Source of the DNA: Eledone cirrhosa
Taxonomy: Eukaryota
Direction of reading: 5' to 3'
Assembly: GCA_964016885.1 (NCBI GenBank)
Contig: OZ024742.1
Span: forward strand, 10,354,001-10,418,000
Length of the DNA stretch: 64,000 nt
A program made the position numbers and the translations under genes. Positions 25,420-38,309 of this stretch are shown here, in pieces. How positions within the stretch are numbered: the first letter of the stretch is position 1; each line of letters starts with the position of its first letter. The notes under the pieces were generated by a model. That model worked only from the letters and a program-made list of their open reading frames with translations, had not been told where the DNA came from and ran no database searches.

Positions 25420-25830
25420 ACAAGCTGTAGGGTACTGATACCAGTGTGTGTGTGTGTGTGTGTGTGAGACAAGCTGTAGGGTACTGATACCAGTGTGTGT
25501 GTGTGTGTGTGAGACAAGCTGTAGGGTACTGATACCAGTGTGTGTGTGTGTGTGTGTGTGAGACAAGCTGTAGGGTACTGATACCAGTGTGTGTGTGTGT
25601 GTGTGAGACAAGCTGTAGGGTACTGATACCAGTGTGTGTGTGTGTGTGTGTGTGAGACAAGCTGTAGGGTACTGATACCAGTGTGTGTGTGTGTGTGTGA
25701 GACAAGCTGTAGGGTACTGATACCAGTGTGTGTGTGTGTGTGTGTGTGAGACAAGCTGTAGGGTACTGATACCAGTGTGTGTGTGTGTGTGTGTGTGTGA
25801 GACAAGCTGTAGGGTACTGATACCAGTGTG
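18497..25830. repeat. Composite satellite: ~25-bp unit GA(T/C)AAGCTGTAGGGTACTGATACCA separated by (GT)n of variable length, roughly 160 units (estimate)
   Basis: Direct reading; all long minus-strand HT-rich ORFs derive from it. Confidence 0.97.
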
Positions 25831-26611
25831 TCATATATGTTCTAGGCTGGTTAGACCAATAGTATTCAATAGAGCCATCTACCCCGAAACAACAGCCCTG
25901 TGTGACAGTAGAGAAACATGGCAATGGAATCATTGCTCACATGAATTCTATATAGTTAGTTATCTTAAAAGAATTTAATATCAACAGTAAAATATCAATT
26001 AAGCAATATACTTAATGTATATATATATATACATATATACACACACACATATATATACATATATATATATATAATGACAAGTCAATGATATTGATGGCCT
26101 CCCCACAGTCCCGGCGGACATGTTAGTAGTTGCCCCATGAGGCTGTTGCAACGGTTGTCACTGGCCCTTTTCTGCAGCAACGTGTTCGCCCTTCTCTGTG
26201 TGTGGCAGGCTGACTCATCACTCACACAGAGGAGTAAAACCTCCCCCCTTCCCCCTCCCATTCTTTCATTGCTTAATCCCTTTTTCTTTTCTTTTCATTT
26301 AAATATTATATTTTAGTTCCTAAGTCGGAGATTGTTTACGTAGTTTCACGGGCTTTCAGACACCTTAAGAAAACTGTTGCGTCGAACAAATATTAAATTG
26401 TAGTATTTGGTACTCCTCATAACGTGGTTTTACCTTCAGATAGAATTTTACTTTCTTGTACAGAGAGTGGATAGAGGAGTTAATAAAGAAATTATTGAGG
26501 TTGATATATACAAATCAAAAGTCCCTTAAAACAGTACCCAGCCCAACATGGCTGCTGTCTAATGACTGAAACCAGTAAAAGAATGAAACACACACACACA
26601 CACACATATAT

Positions 26612-26815
26612 AGTATCGAGTACTCTGGTGTGTTATTGTCCACCTGGTATTTTACCACCAGAGTACTCAATACTTAAGGTAGTAGAGTGGGTCATAGGAA
26701 AAGTGTCAGGACCCCGACGGCTGAGCTCCGGTCGTTTCGACAGCTAAATCTGAAGTGTTCAGATCTAGCTGTCGAAACGGCCGGAGCTCAGCCGTCGGGG
26801 CCCTGACACTTCCTA
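26612..26815. mobile_element. GAGCTC-family fold-back element with tail and a small second fold-back
   Basis: AAGTGTCAGG...CCTGACACTT inverted repeat around TCTGAA/TTCAGA; the arm reads GAAACGGCCGGAGCTCAGCCGTC (hammerhead stem III plus GUC); the tail carries the ACTCTAC/GTATTGAGTAC hairpin. Confidence 0.7.
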
Positions 26816-26829
26816 TATATATATATGTA

Positions 26830-26927
26830 TGAGTGCCGGGTTCAATCGGGTGTAACCACAGTAAGTAATGATGATTTTCTTCGAATGAAACAGTCCTAGT
26901 CCTGTAGAAGCCATTTCTATATTAAAT
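26830..26927. mobile_element. Fragment of the TAGAAATGGCTTCTACAGG family
   Basis: TGATGATTTTCTTCGAATGAAACAGTCCTAGTCCTGTAGAAGCCATTTCTAT joined to an inverted tail piece. Confidence 0.6.
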
Positions 26928-27239
26928 GTGTTATATATATGTGTGTTTGTGTATATATATATATACATATATAGTTCTGTGTACATATATATATATATAT
27001 ACATACTACTGTACGTCTGTATACATATATGTATGTACGTATACATACATACTTACATTTAAGTATGTGCCGTACTAAGAGTGAGAAATGAAATTTCGTT
27101 TCATTCTATTCCATTTATCGTTTTCGGTGTGCCCGGCCGACTGAACTCACACGATATGCAAATTAGGCTGCTCAGCCGTTAATATGCATAAGGAAAGTAT
27201 ATACTTTCAGACGTTCAACCATCTGGCAGGAAGGTATAT

Positions 27240-27282
27240 ACGATGCTGACGATAGCTAATAAGCTTGAAACTAGTACATCGT
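27240..27282 (+). ncRNA. Minimal type I hammerhead ribozyme, complete core
   Basis: ACGATG-CTGACGA-T-AGCT(AATA)AGCT-T-GAA-ACTAGT-A-CATCGT: 6-bp stem I, 4-bp stem II, palindromic stem III, GUA site; AATAAA about 60 nt downstream. Confidence 0.85.
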
Positions 27283-27457
27283 TCCTGTGTCAGTGTTGAA
27301 CAAAAAGGTGACGTGGTTGCCTAAACACTGTACGAGCATTATAATAAATGTTCGGTAAACCGATACGTGCATATATATGTGTGCATGTATGTATATATAT
27401 ACATACTACTGTACGTCTGTATACATATATCTATGTACGTATACACACATACATACT

Positions 27458-27492
<35 letters not shown>

Positions 27493-28503
27493 AATGCTAA
27501 ACCCAAGGACGTTAATAATGTTTATCTTGATCTCTATAGACGTTTGCAAACTATTATAGTTTATTTATCTAAAACATCGCTAGAATATCACTTACATACA
27601 TAATATAGCTCTTAAAACATTAATCTATACACATACACCTGTATATCACTTATATATACCTCTTAAAACATTAATCTATACACATACACGTGTATATCAC
27701 TTATATATACCTCTTAAAACATTAATCTATACACATACATGTGTATATTTATTAAGAAAGATATAGAAATGTTTTTTTCTCTGGTACATCTTGATATAAT
27801 ATATGGATGTAACAATGTTTACATTTACACTGTTTTAATGTCATAACGAGCGCTTGTGTTTGTGTATATATAGTGTGAGAGTATATGCATATATATGCAA
27901 TGTGTGAGTATGTATCTATCTATATATATATGTGTGTGTGTGCGTGTATGTATATGTATATATATGCGTGTGTGTATTTAACGGGTATTATATATATATA
28001 TATAATACATATAAACACACACCCGTGTGTGTGTGTATGTGGTTTAGTCTATTCTCTTTAAAACATCTATTTCCTAAATTTACACTTGCTACACTTCCCC
28101 AATATCTTTATATAATTCTATCGATTAAAATTTTATTCGAACAATTGCTTTCGATTTTAGTGTCCAAATATGTTTTTCTAAAATATATTTTATATCCTCA
28201 TTGAGAGGTAAATGGAGAATGGTTTCTTCTCCAACATTTTAAAATCTAAGTGAATATGTTAAGTTGAACGTAGTTAAGTATTTCTAACTCTCAAACTTTC
28301 TCCCCCCCCTCTCTCTCTCTCTTCCTATTCATACCTAGGTATCCACACACACACACACACACATATATACATTCAGACATTATATACATATATGTGTGTA
28401 TGAATATATGTATGTGTTTATGTATGAGGGTATATATATGTATATATATATATGCATTTAAACATTAATTGAAATAGTTTGAAGCGTTCAGTGTGTATGA
28501 ATT

Positions 28504-28601
<98 letters not shown>

Positions 28602-29179
28602 TATGCGTGTGTGTGTGAATGTATGTGTATGATTGCATATATGTGTGAATGTGTGTACGAATATATTTATGTATTTGGGTATGGAGTATATGTATATATA
28701 TGTGTGTGTGTATGTATATACGTATATTTATTTTATATCTACATCTCTAGATACTCATATATACACACACACACATAACAGACACATGTGTGTATCTACC
28801 CCTCACACACACATCTAAATAATTTAAGAGGAAATGAATGTTAAAGATTCTGCTCTATCTTGTGTATTTCTGTCATTTCCGCCCCTAAATCCCAGTCTAT
28901 CTCCATAATCTCCCTCATTCCGATATATTTTCAATTATGATATACCTAATTAGCTAAATCTTAGCATAATTGACGTCGTTTTCGGCAAAGGGACACCTCG
29001 TCTACATTTCCATATGGCAGAAGCATTACAGTTATGGGTACCACATTGCTTGTTATCCTTCTGGGAGAGATAAATATGTATTAATGAAGGGATACCGTTG
29101 ATTTAATCCACTGATAATATTATTCACAATATTTCGTCCATGGCCCACCCACTGTCAACGAAAACTGATGGTAAAGCCG

Positions 29180-29216
<37 letters not shown>

Positions 29217-29218
<2 letters not shown>

Positions 29219-29402
29219 CGAAGGAAATGTGGTAAGGAAACAGATGGACCATAACGCACCAAAGTACTCAATACTTAGGGTAGTAGAGTGGGTAATAGAA
29301 ACAAGTAGGATGCCGACGGCTGAGCTCAAGCCGCTTCGACGGCTAACTCTGGACTGAATTAGTCGTCGAAACGGCTTGAGCTCAGGGTCCTACTTGTTCC
29401 TA
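29217..29402. mobile_element. GAGCTC-family fold-back element with left tail, in (TA)n
   Basis: GAGCTCAAGCCG..CGACGGCTAA..TTAGTCGTCGAAACGGCTTGAGCTC; tail homologous to 30425-30508 and 38220-38280. Confidence 0.7.
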
Positions 29403-29496
29403 TATATACACACACATATATTGTTATTTTTATTTAAAGACATGTTTTCCAATTCTAACCCGCCCGTCCCTTCAATCTATCTTATTTCTCATTCTT

Positions 29497-29532
29497 TCTT
29501 CTGATGAAGGACTAGCGTCCGAAACGTTAAGA
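29497..29532 (+). ncRNA. Minimal type I hammerhead ribozyme motif
   Basis: TCTT-CTGATGA-A-GGAC(TAGC)GTCC-GAA-ACGT-T-AAGA; a degenerate relative lies at ~13978-14008. Confidence 0.75.
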
Positions 29533-29651
29533 CCCTCTTCCTGCTCTATCAAGCGTTAACCTAATATATACCTTCCATATACTGTACCGATTGTGTTGTT
29601 ATTTCTGTTTACCTTTTACATACATATATACATACATACATACACGAGCAT

Positions 29652-30091
29652 ATGGTGGCTGCCAACTCGTTTTCGAGTACGGCCACTACTTTATATCCAT
29701 GTAGGAGAACCCCTACCGATGCGCTGAACGAGTGTGACTTTTTAGTGCAGCCAGCGACTTGAAAACTCTGGTACAAACACTACACTTGTGACAATTATTG
29801 ACACATAGTGCTGGGCCCATGGTACCATGTGACGACAAGTGCAGAGAGATCTCCATATATAACGCAATGCCTGTGCCGTGAAGCTTTTATAGTGAGCAAA
29901 GGCACTGCACAAAGCCAGTCCCACTCTCTTAACCAAGATGATATTTACCAAAAAGAAGAACAAGTCATAATCATTGGATACCATCAGGGTTGCAGGTGCT
30001 ATATCAGAGTTTTCCTTCTCCTAGAATTCTGCCTTGACAAAGGCTAAGGGGTCATCTCTCCCGGTGATTTTGGATGGCCATTGACTCTTAA
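29652..30091 (-). mobile_element. ~600-bp repeat subfamily A, 5'-truncated copy
   Basis: Near identity to 8520-8964; flanked by (TACA)n. Confidence 0.8.
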
Positions 30092-30103
30092 TACATACAT
30101 ACA

Positions 30104-30135
<32 letters not shown>

Positions 30136-30314
30136 ATGAGGGAGAGAGAAGCTGTGGTGCTAAAACCGGTGAGACAACAAATCAGGGGAGTACTCTATAC
30201 ATGGAAAAAACAGAGTGTATACATATAAATGTACTTAATTAGTTACAACAGTTACATGTACACCCACTTAAGTTTCGTTGGGTTATTCAACCTGGACAGT
30301 ATATATATATATAT

Positions 30315-30506
30315 GAAAAAGTATGACCCCGACGGCAGAGCTCAAGCCGTTTCTACAGCTATTTCTGGAGTCCAGAAATAGTCGTCGAAACGGCTTGAGC
30401 TCTGCCGTCGGGGCCATACTTTTTCCTATTTCCCACTCTACTACCCTAAGTATTGAGTACTCTGGTGCGTTATGGTCCATCTGGTTCCTTACCACATCTC
30501 CTTTGT

Positions 30507-30508
<2 letters not shown>
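30315..30508. mobile_element. GAGCTC-family fold-back element with right tail, in (TA)n
   Basis: GAAAAAGTATG...CATACTTTTTC inverted repeat; the arm reads GAAACGGCTTGAGCTCTGCCGTC-GGGG; tail ACTCTAC-TACCCTAA-GTATTGAGTAC. Confidence 0.72.
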
Positions 30509-30541
<33 letters not shown>

Positions 30542-30814
30542 ATCTCGGTTTCAATCGTGGGTTACCACAGTACGGTACTCAATACATAGTAGAGTATATA
30601 TTAAACATTGTGTCATATATATATATTCTGTTCCTACTATATCAAGCCTTTAACTAATATATTTCCCAATTGTACTGTGCTGTTGGCTTTTCTCCTTTTT
30701 GCATATATAAAATCCGAAACTATAATGATCCCCAGAAGATAGATGAGCGGGATTTGTCGATGTGCTTGTCTCTAACGCGTTTTCCCTTTCCTAGAGTTCT
30801 CCCGTGTCTTTGTT

Positions 30815-30893
<79 letters not shown>

Positions 30894-31086
30894 CTTACCC
30901 CGGGTTTTTGTTGTTGTCTTATCTCTAAATGTTGTCAATATATTCTATACAAGGAAACCCTTTCCAAGTCAAATCAATAATCGATATCTAAAGACAACTA
31001 ATTTATTCCCTTTACCATTGTGTATTATTAGCGCCATTCATTTATTTTTTCCTGAACTATATGCTGAAATTTGAGATTTTGTTATC

Positions 31087-31292
31087 ATTTCTAGCTGGTC
31101 CACTGACCAATACGTCCAGTCTACTATTTCTAGCTGGTCCACTGGCCAATAGGCCCTACTATTTCTAGCTGGTCAACTGTCCAATGGGTCCTGTTTCTAG
31201 TTGGTCCACTGGCCAATAGGCCCTACTATTTCTAGCTGGTCAACTGTCCAATGGGTCCTGTTTCTAGCTGGTCTACTGACCAATAGGTCCAG
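31087..31292. repeat. Minisatellite TTTCTAGCTGGTCCACTG(A/G)CCAAT..., six copies of 32-38 bp
   Basis: Direct reading. Confidence 0.85.
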
Positions 31293-31706
31293 CCTACGTT
31301 GTTAGTCCAGCCTCTGTTGTTGTTTCTAAATTTAATCAGAAAAAGTGGAAATATGTCCTCAAGCCATAGTTTAATATTCATTAGAATGTTTGTCCAGTTG
31401 GTTATTTCACTTTCTAACCTAACAATTGTTTGATCTGAGAAATATTATTCCCCAGATAGTAGCTTCTTATTCTAGCCTAGTGTTAGGCTAGTAACAATTC
31501 TATTATTTCAGCCTTGTCAATTTACCATATTATTACATTATATCAGTAACGTATAGCATTAACAATATTACATTTCATAAACAAACTATAATCTTTACGT
31601 GGTGTTTAGATCATTCTTTAGAATTAAGTTCATTGTATCTATGTATGTGATGATTTCTTTTGAATGAAACAGGTCTAGTCTTGTAGAAGCCATTTCTATA
31701 TTAAAC

Positions 31707-31765
<59 letters not shown>

Positions 31766-31974
31766 TATGTTTTGTGGTTCACCAATCGATAGAATTGGCT
31801 TCCGTTTAGTTAATAATAGGAAAAGAACTCTACGTTATGCAACTCATCCATCGTTGATGTTTTATCCCATGGGTGGTGCAGGAACGGAGTGAAACATTAA
31901 TTTGATTAAAACAACAGGAGGCCGGAGTTGTGGTGTCTCTTATTTTAATTAATTTTAGACACACACACACATGT

Positions 31975-32024
<50 letters not shown>

Positions 32025-32025
<1 letters not shown>

Positions 32026-32178
32026 GTAGAATGGCTTCTGCAGGACTAGAACTGTTTCATTCGGGAGAAATCATCAGGCTTCCTGTAGAAGCCTTTTCTA
32101 TATTAAATATGTATACTCTACTTTGTATTGAGTACCTTACTTACTGTGGTTACCCCTGATTGAACCCGGGATAAACTT
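32025..32178. mobile_element. TAGAAATGGCTTCTACAGG-family fold-back with hammerhead core (minus) and right tail
   Basis: Minus strand CTGATGA-TTTC(TCCC)GAAT-GAAAC-AGTTCTA-GTC-CTG at 32041-32077; tail ACTCTAC-TTT-GTATTGAGTAC. Confidence 0.72.
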
Positions 32179-32669
32179 ATATATATATATGTGAGAGGGG
32201 ATGAGGGCCCCGTAGTGACACGCGGCGTTTCTTTGGTATTAATCCTTGCAGAGTCTATCCCTCTCCATGTCGGAAGACAGCGGATTTCTTCCTAGGAAGA
32301 AGTGAGAAAACGACGTAGAGGAGGGGGGGGGGAATTGAACACGGTGTTGGCTACCTTTTAGACCACGAAAGAATAAAAGGTGAAGTTGACCTCAGCATCA
32401 TTTGAACTCAGCTGGAACAAATACCGCAAGGCATTCTATCTGACATTCTCAACCCTGTGTCAATTGACCACCTGTTACTGCTCTAGAAATAACAGCTAGA
32501 ATTTCTACAGGGTCTCAGTCTGTGATGAAGTCAATCTTTCGACGATGCCATGAGATTTCTACCGAGATCTACTATCTATCTCACACACACTCACACTCAC
32601 ACACTCACACACACTCACACTCACACACACACTCACACACACTCACACACTCTCACACACTCACTCACA

Positions 32670-32726
<57 letters not shown>

Positions 32727-32854
32727 CCGCACTCTCACATTCACACACACTCACTCTTTCTCTCTGTATTTAAAAATCTGTGTATGAGTGTGCGTGTCTG
32801 TGTATGTATATATATATATATATATGTGAGCATTGTGAAAGCTTCTCCTGCGTG

Positions 32855-32895
<41 letters not shown>

Positions 32896-33041
32896 TATGT
32901 GTTTGTTGTGGATACTTGCTCGTACGTGTATGTATGTACATATATATATATGTGTGTGTGTTGTGAAAGCTTGCTTGTGCGTGTTTGTGTATATATATAT
33001 ATGTGTGTGTGTCTGTATGTGTGTGTGTATGTATATATATG

Positions 33042-33088
<47 letters not shown>

Positions 33089-34596
33089 ATCTGTGTGTAT
33101 TGTGGAAGCTAACATGTTCATTCGAGTGAGGTGTTTTAACGTTACCGGGTGACGTTCCCTCACTCGGTTCACAAGGTATTAACAGCAGAGACAATTGTTT
33201 ATAGCATTAAGCCTGGATAGTATCTCACAGCGTGGTCGGGTATTTTAAAAGCATTTCTAACCCACACCCCTTATACCCACATCAGTACTTTATCGTTTCA
33301 TCAGACAACAATCAAAATATTTGGAACCAAAAAGTCAGAGTGCCAGGAAACACACGGATACATACAAATATACAGACATGCATGCACGCACACATACACA
33401 CAAGTAAAAAAAATATCAAATACAAAAAGCTAAAAAAAAAATGAAGAATGCCTATATATATATATAAAGACGGTGAATCTTGGAACATTAAAAAAAAACA
33501 AATAATGAAATAAAAATCCGAGGTAAGGAAACTAGGTCAAAATATATAACAAAATATCTATGGCAGAGAAGACTGCCAAATTTCTTGTAAACGGTAGAAA
33601 CCAGTTTCTGTGTAAATTGGTACACGTCTGTATCAGTCACAATTGTTATAAAATATCGGTTACTCTCCAATAGGTTTGTGGTCGAGCCCGTGGCGGTGTA
33701 GACTTCCGGCCTTAAGGGCTCCCAGATTACATCCCTACTTACTGGGACGGAGTTGGCTACCTGCAAATGTGAGTTGGCTTCCCACAGGAGTGAGTCCTAT
33801 CAAGGGAACTGACTTCTTGTCAAACCTGGTAGCAACCTCTGGTGTTCTGGGTCACTGTACCATATCCCTACTTACTGCTATTGGGGAGGAGTTGGCTACC
33901 CACAAAAGCGAGTCCCTCGAGTTGGAGTGGCGGTTCCAGCCCGTCTCCTTCGCCTTCCTCTGGAGCAAAATCTTCTTTATTCTATCCACTGCGACCACGA
34001 GGTGGATTAACACATAAACAGTGAGATGTTAAACATGTTTAAAGAAAGACATATCACATATGTTTTTGTTCTCGCTGTATTTCTTCAGTAAATTAGAGAT
34101 ACGCTGTTTCTTATTTCAGTCTATTTCTACCTTTAATACAACAGCCTCGTTATTCCTTTAAATTTGCTACTTGTATCCTCCATGTTCTGGATTTAAACAT
34201 TGAAAGGTCCTTGGCCTTTGTGCACAATATTCCATCTCAACATCTCAGAAGTTGTTATGCCCCCAACTCCTCGATATGAAAACAAGCGAAGATCACCTGC
34301 AAAGTGTAAACAAATTGGCGTATAGGTGTTACTAGATGCACAATGTGTGGAGGAGGAGGTGAGACAAGAGTTTCTGGCAGTAACGTGTACCAAAGTTACC
34401 TTGGTGTAAAGGTAATAAGGTAAAACCTGAAGTTTGTTCTCATTAACATTTTTAAATTGCACCCCTTAAATAATCAAATTGATGCCCTGAGGGGCATGTT
34501 CCCCATGCTGGAATCCCTATCCTAAGCTTTATAAAATATTATAGAGGCATGTTCCATAGAAATAGATTGCCTGTCACAGTCACTGAAGAGATACAA

Positions 34597-34770
34597 TAAT
34601 TGTTTCTACTTTTGGTACAAGGCCAGCAATTATGTCAGTGTATTACTGGTACTTTATTTTATCGACCCCGTATGGATGAAAGGCAAAGCTAACCCCGGCG
34701 GGACTTGAACTCAGAACGTAAATGGTCGTAGCTCTGTCACAAAGCAGAGTGTCCGACGCTCTACCGATAC
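34597..34770 (-). mobile_element. tRNA-derived SINE
   Basis: Same family as 1347-1535. Confidence 0.82.
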
Positions 34771-34840
34771 AATAATATATTTTAAGCATCAGGAAAGCGG
34801 TCAATTAAGGAAGACAATGTTTCTATTTGTTCAATTATTT

Positions 34841-35199
34841 GAGGGAGTTTGGAGAGTAAAAGCTGCAGCAATAGTAGACAGCCATGTCTTGTTGGTTTAT
34901 TGTGCTGGCCCTCCCCCCCCCCTCCACACAGAGGGAGTTTGGAGAGTAAAAGCTGCAGCAATAGTAGACAGCCATGTCTTGTTGGTTTATTGTGCTGGCC
35001 CTCCCCCCCCCCCCTCCACACAGAGGGAGTTTGGAGAGTAAAAGCTGCAGCAATAGTAGACAGCCATGTCTTGTTGGTTTATTGTGCTGGCCCTCCCCCC
35101 CCCCTCCACACAGAGGGAGTTTGGAGAGTAAAAGCTGCAGCAATAGTAGACAGCCATGTCTTGTTGGTTTATTGTGCTGGCCCTCCCTCCCTCCACACA
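34841..35199. repeat. Minisatellite, ~90-bp unit x4 with a poly-C tract
   Basis: GAGGGAGTTTGGAGAGTAAAAGCTGCAGC...GGCCCT(C)nTCCACACA repeated four times. Confidence 0.95.
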
Positions 35200-35279
35200 A
35201 TGCCCGTTAAGTCCTGTGTACAGGCAATTGTCTAACAGTGGCAATTAGTAGTAATTGCAGAAGCAGGAAGGGAGTAGCA

Positions 35280-35288
35280 AGATGTATG

Positions 35289-35326
<38 letters not shown>

Positions 35327-35391
35327 TGATCTGAGATGGTGTGTATATATATATATATATATATATGTTGATCTGAGATGGTGTGTGTGTG

Positions 35392-35430
<39 letters not shown>

Positions 35431-35590
35431 TGATCTGAGATGGTGTGTATATCTATATATATGTGTGTGTTGATCTGAGATGGTGTGTGTGTGTATATAT
35501 ATATGTGTGTGTGTGTTGATCTGAGATGATGTGTATATATATATATATATATTATATATGTGTGTGTGTGTGTGTGTGTTGATCTGAGAT
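35280..35590. repeat. Small composite repeat: GTTGATCTGAGATG separated by (GT)n/(AT)n
   Basis: Six copies of the anchor motif. Confidence 0.88.
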
Positions 35591-37918
35591 TGTGTGATGA
35601 AACAACTATTACTGTCAGTAGATTTCAAACTTGTATATTTTAGTTATTGACTGATGTATGAAACAATTAGACGGATGGGGGGGGGGGGGGGGGGGTAGGA
35701 AGAGGGAGAAAGTGAAGGAGACGAGGGGAGAATGAGAGAGGGAATGAAAGAGGGTGAAAAAGAGAGGAAATGACCAGGAGAACGCGATGGAGACAGGGAA
35801 AGAAGCAGAAAAATTGAGAGGGAGGGAATGACAAAGAAAATGTGAGAGTCAGGGAGAAAGAGAGTGAAACAGGGTAAAATAGAGAGAGTGAATAACAGGG
35901 AGAAAGTGAAGTAGACAAGGAATGAAGCAGGGAGAATGTTTAGAGTGAGAGAATGTGAGAGAAAGGGAGAAAGAGAGAAAAGATTGCTCTCTAAATGTCG
36001 ATGAGACCTAATAAGGTTGAAATCGTGATTTTTCAGTTGTTCCACCAAACGAGTTCTTCCCCGGGGTAACAACAACTATTTTAGTGCAATATTAGAAATA
36101 CTATATTATGTAGGTTCCTGTGAGAAACCATTGTGGTACCTTTGGAGAGATTATTTCTCTTCAATAGTTTAGTCTGTGGAGGCAGTGCTGGTGACCAAAT
36201 TTCTTTCTTTTTGTTTTTCTTCTCAAATAGTAGGAAAAACAATTTATAATTCACCGACTTACGTCTATAAATATTCGACATTATTATTACAATTTTAAAA
36301 TTTCGTTAACACTAATTAGTTTATTAATAAATTAATATTTATAAAGCACGTGTTAATAATTAATCTGCAACATGTGTTGGATGAAATAGTTTAGAAAAAT
36401 AAAACTTTTACGTAAAACGGAGGAAACGTTGTTTGAAAATGTTTGGCTAGGTTCATATAATATATTAGAGATACAGAATTTTGTGAAGGAAATGTGAGAG
36501 AGTAGAGAGAGAGAGAGTTATATATATTGAGAGGGGGTTGTATATATATATAGTGAAAGTGAGAGATTCAGAGAGTGGGTTGATATATATATATATATAT
36601 ATTTTATTTATTTGAGAGAATGAGAGATTTATATATATATATATTATTTATTTGAGAGACTTATATATATTTATATTTAGAGAGGGGTTTTATATATATT
36701 CTAGTAATTTAAGTTGTCTTTTCACAAATTCTAAGCAGACTGCTTTCCTAATTAAAGATATCATCACCAGCTGATTCTCACTTGGGATATAAGAATTGTG
36801 CGGAGGAATATGAAATATGACGTTCATACCTTCCCCAAGGGGATTATTGGTAGAGTTTTTTTAGGGAAGTAGCTACATCTGGGAAACAAAATGAATTCAT
36901 AGTTAGTGCACTTGGTATTACACCATAACTCTTCTTACTGAAGCCGTATACATACATAAATATACACACATTGTTTATAACTGACAGGAAAAAAGTATTT
37001 AATACAATGTTCAGAATATAATTATATTTATTCTACTGATGCTTTATGCTGCAACGAAGTTTCTTTATTTCTCAGTCGATGTGATAGTAAAAGTGTGTTA
37101 AAAGCAACAAAATGAAACACAGAATAAATGCAAAAGACTAACTTCGCAGACAAGAGCTCAAAGAAAATTGTAGTGATTCCAGCGAGAAAATTTCAATATA
37201 TCTCTCTGTGTATATAATTACACGCACCTTGTGTTTTAATTCTCCGCTCAGTAGAATCTATGGGTATTTCTGTAGATGTTTTCTCACTGACGAAGCTCTT
37301 AAGTAGATAAATATTTTAATTTGTATGTGTAATATTCAGGCTGTGGTTCAAGTATTTGAGCCACTATGTTCTTCTGAACAGTCCTTAAACCTATCATTAA
37401 CTTCCTGGAGCTGACTATTCACATTTCCTCTTTGTTTGATAAACGGATTCTAATAGAAAATATTGTGGAATATAAGGTAAAAACTACATTGATTTGTCCT
37501 TACTCTTCTTCCCCACCACAGACTACTTTAATTCCACTGCTGTATCTTCTATTGTCATTCTACCGACTTTCCCAAAACAATCTTAACTGGATATTTCACG
37601 GTGCTTTATACACACACACGCACACACATACTGGGTGTCCCCCTAATATGTATACACACTTCAACGCCATTCTAATAAATATGTATATCCATTTTTGGGA
37701 CACCCTGTATATATACAGGGGTGGTGGAACTGGGGGAGATATGAACCCCTCCCCCCAATAATTATGTTTCTCCCCAAACTACCAAAACTCATCTATTTGT
37801 ATATACACTACAGTTTATGTACATGTCATCTTGGTTGATATTTGATAACTAAACTAGTCACTACAACTAAATTGATTAAATTTGCCACCCCTCCCATTCA
37901 GAAATGCTTCCACCGCCC

Positions 37919-37964
<46 letters not shown>

Positions 37965-38277
37965 ACGCGTGTGTTGTTGACACGAATAATTTCGTGTCAA
38001 ATAAATTCTCGTGTTTTCTTTCAGTGTTTCCAGGTTTACAAATTATGATCGTAGGTAGTTCATTGTTCTAAATAAACAGTAGATATCATGTTAGACAATA
38101 TGAAAAACTTCGAATAGAGGAATTGTAACTCGAAAATAGTCATGTCTTTAACAAGTGCATAAAAGAGGGGCTGTTCCGCTTTTATATATATATATATATA
38201 TAGGAACAAGTAAGACCCCAAGTATTGAGTACTTTGGTGCGTTATGGTCCATCTGGTTCCTTACCACATTTCCTTCG

Positions 38278-38309
<32 letters not shown>

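Noticed and set aside
18497-25830. CRISPR array, or a 2078-aa His/Thr-rich protein
   Set aside because: Spacers are pure (GT)n, there are no cas genes and the context is animal. The ORFs are open in all three minus frames only because the repeat lacks stops.
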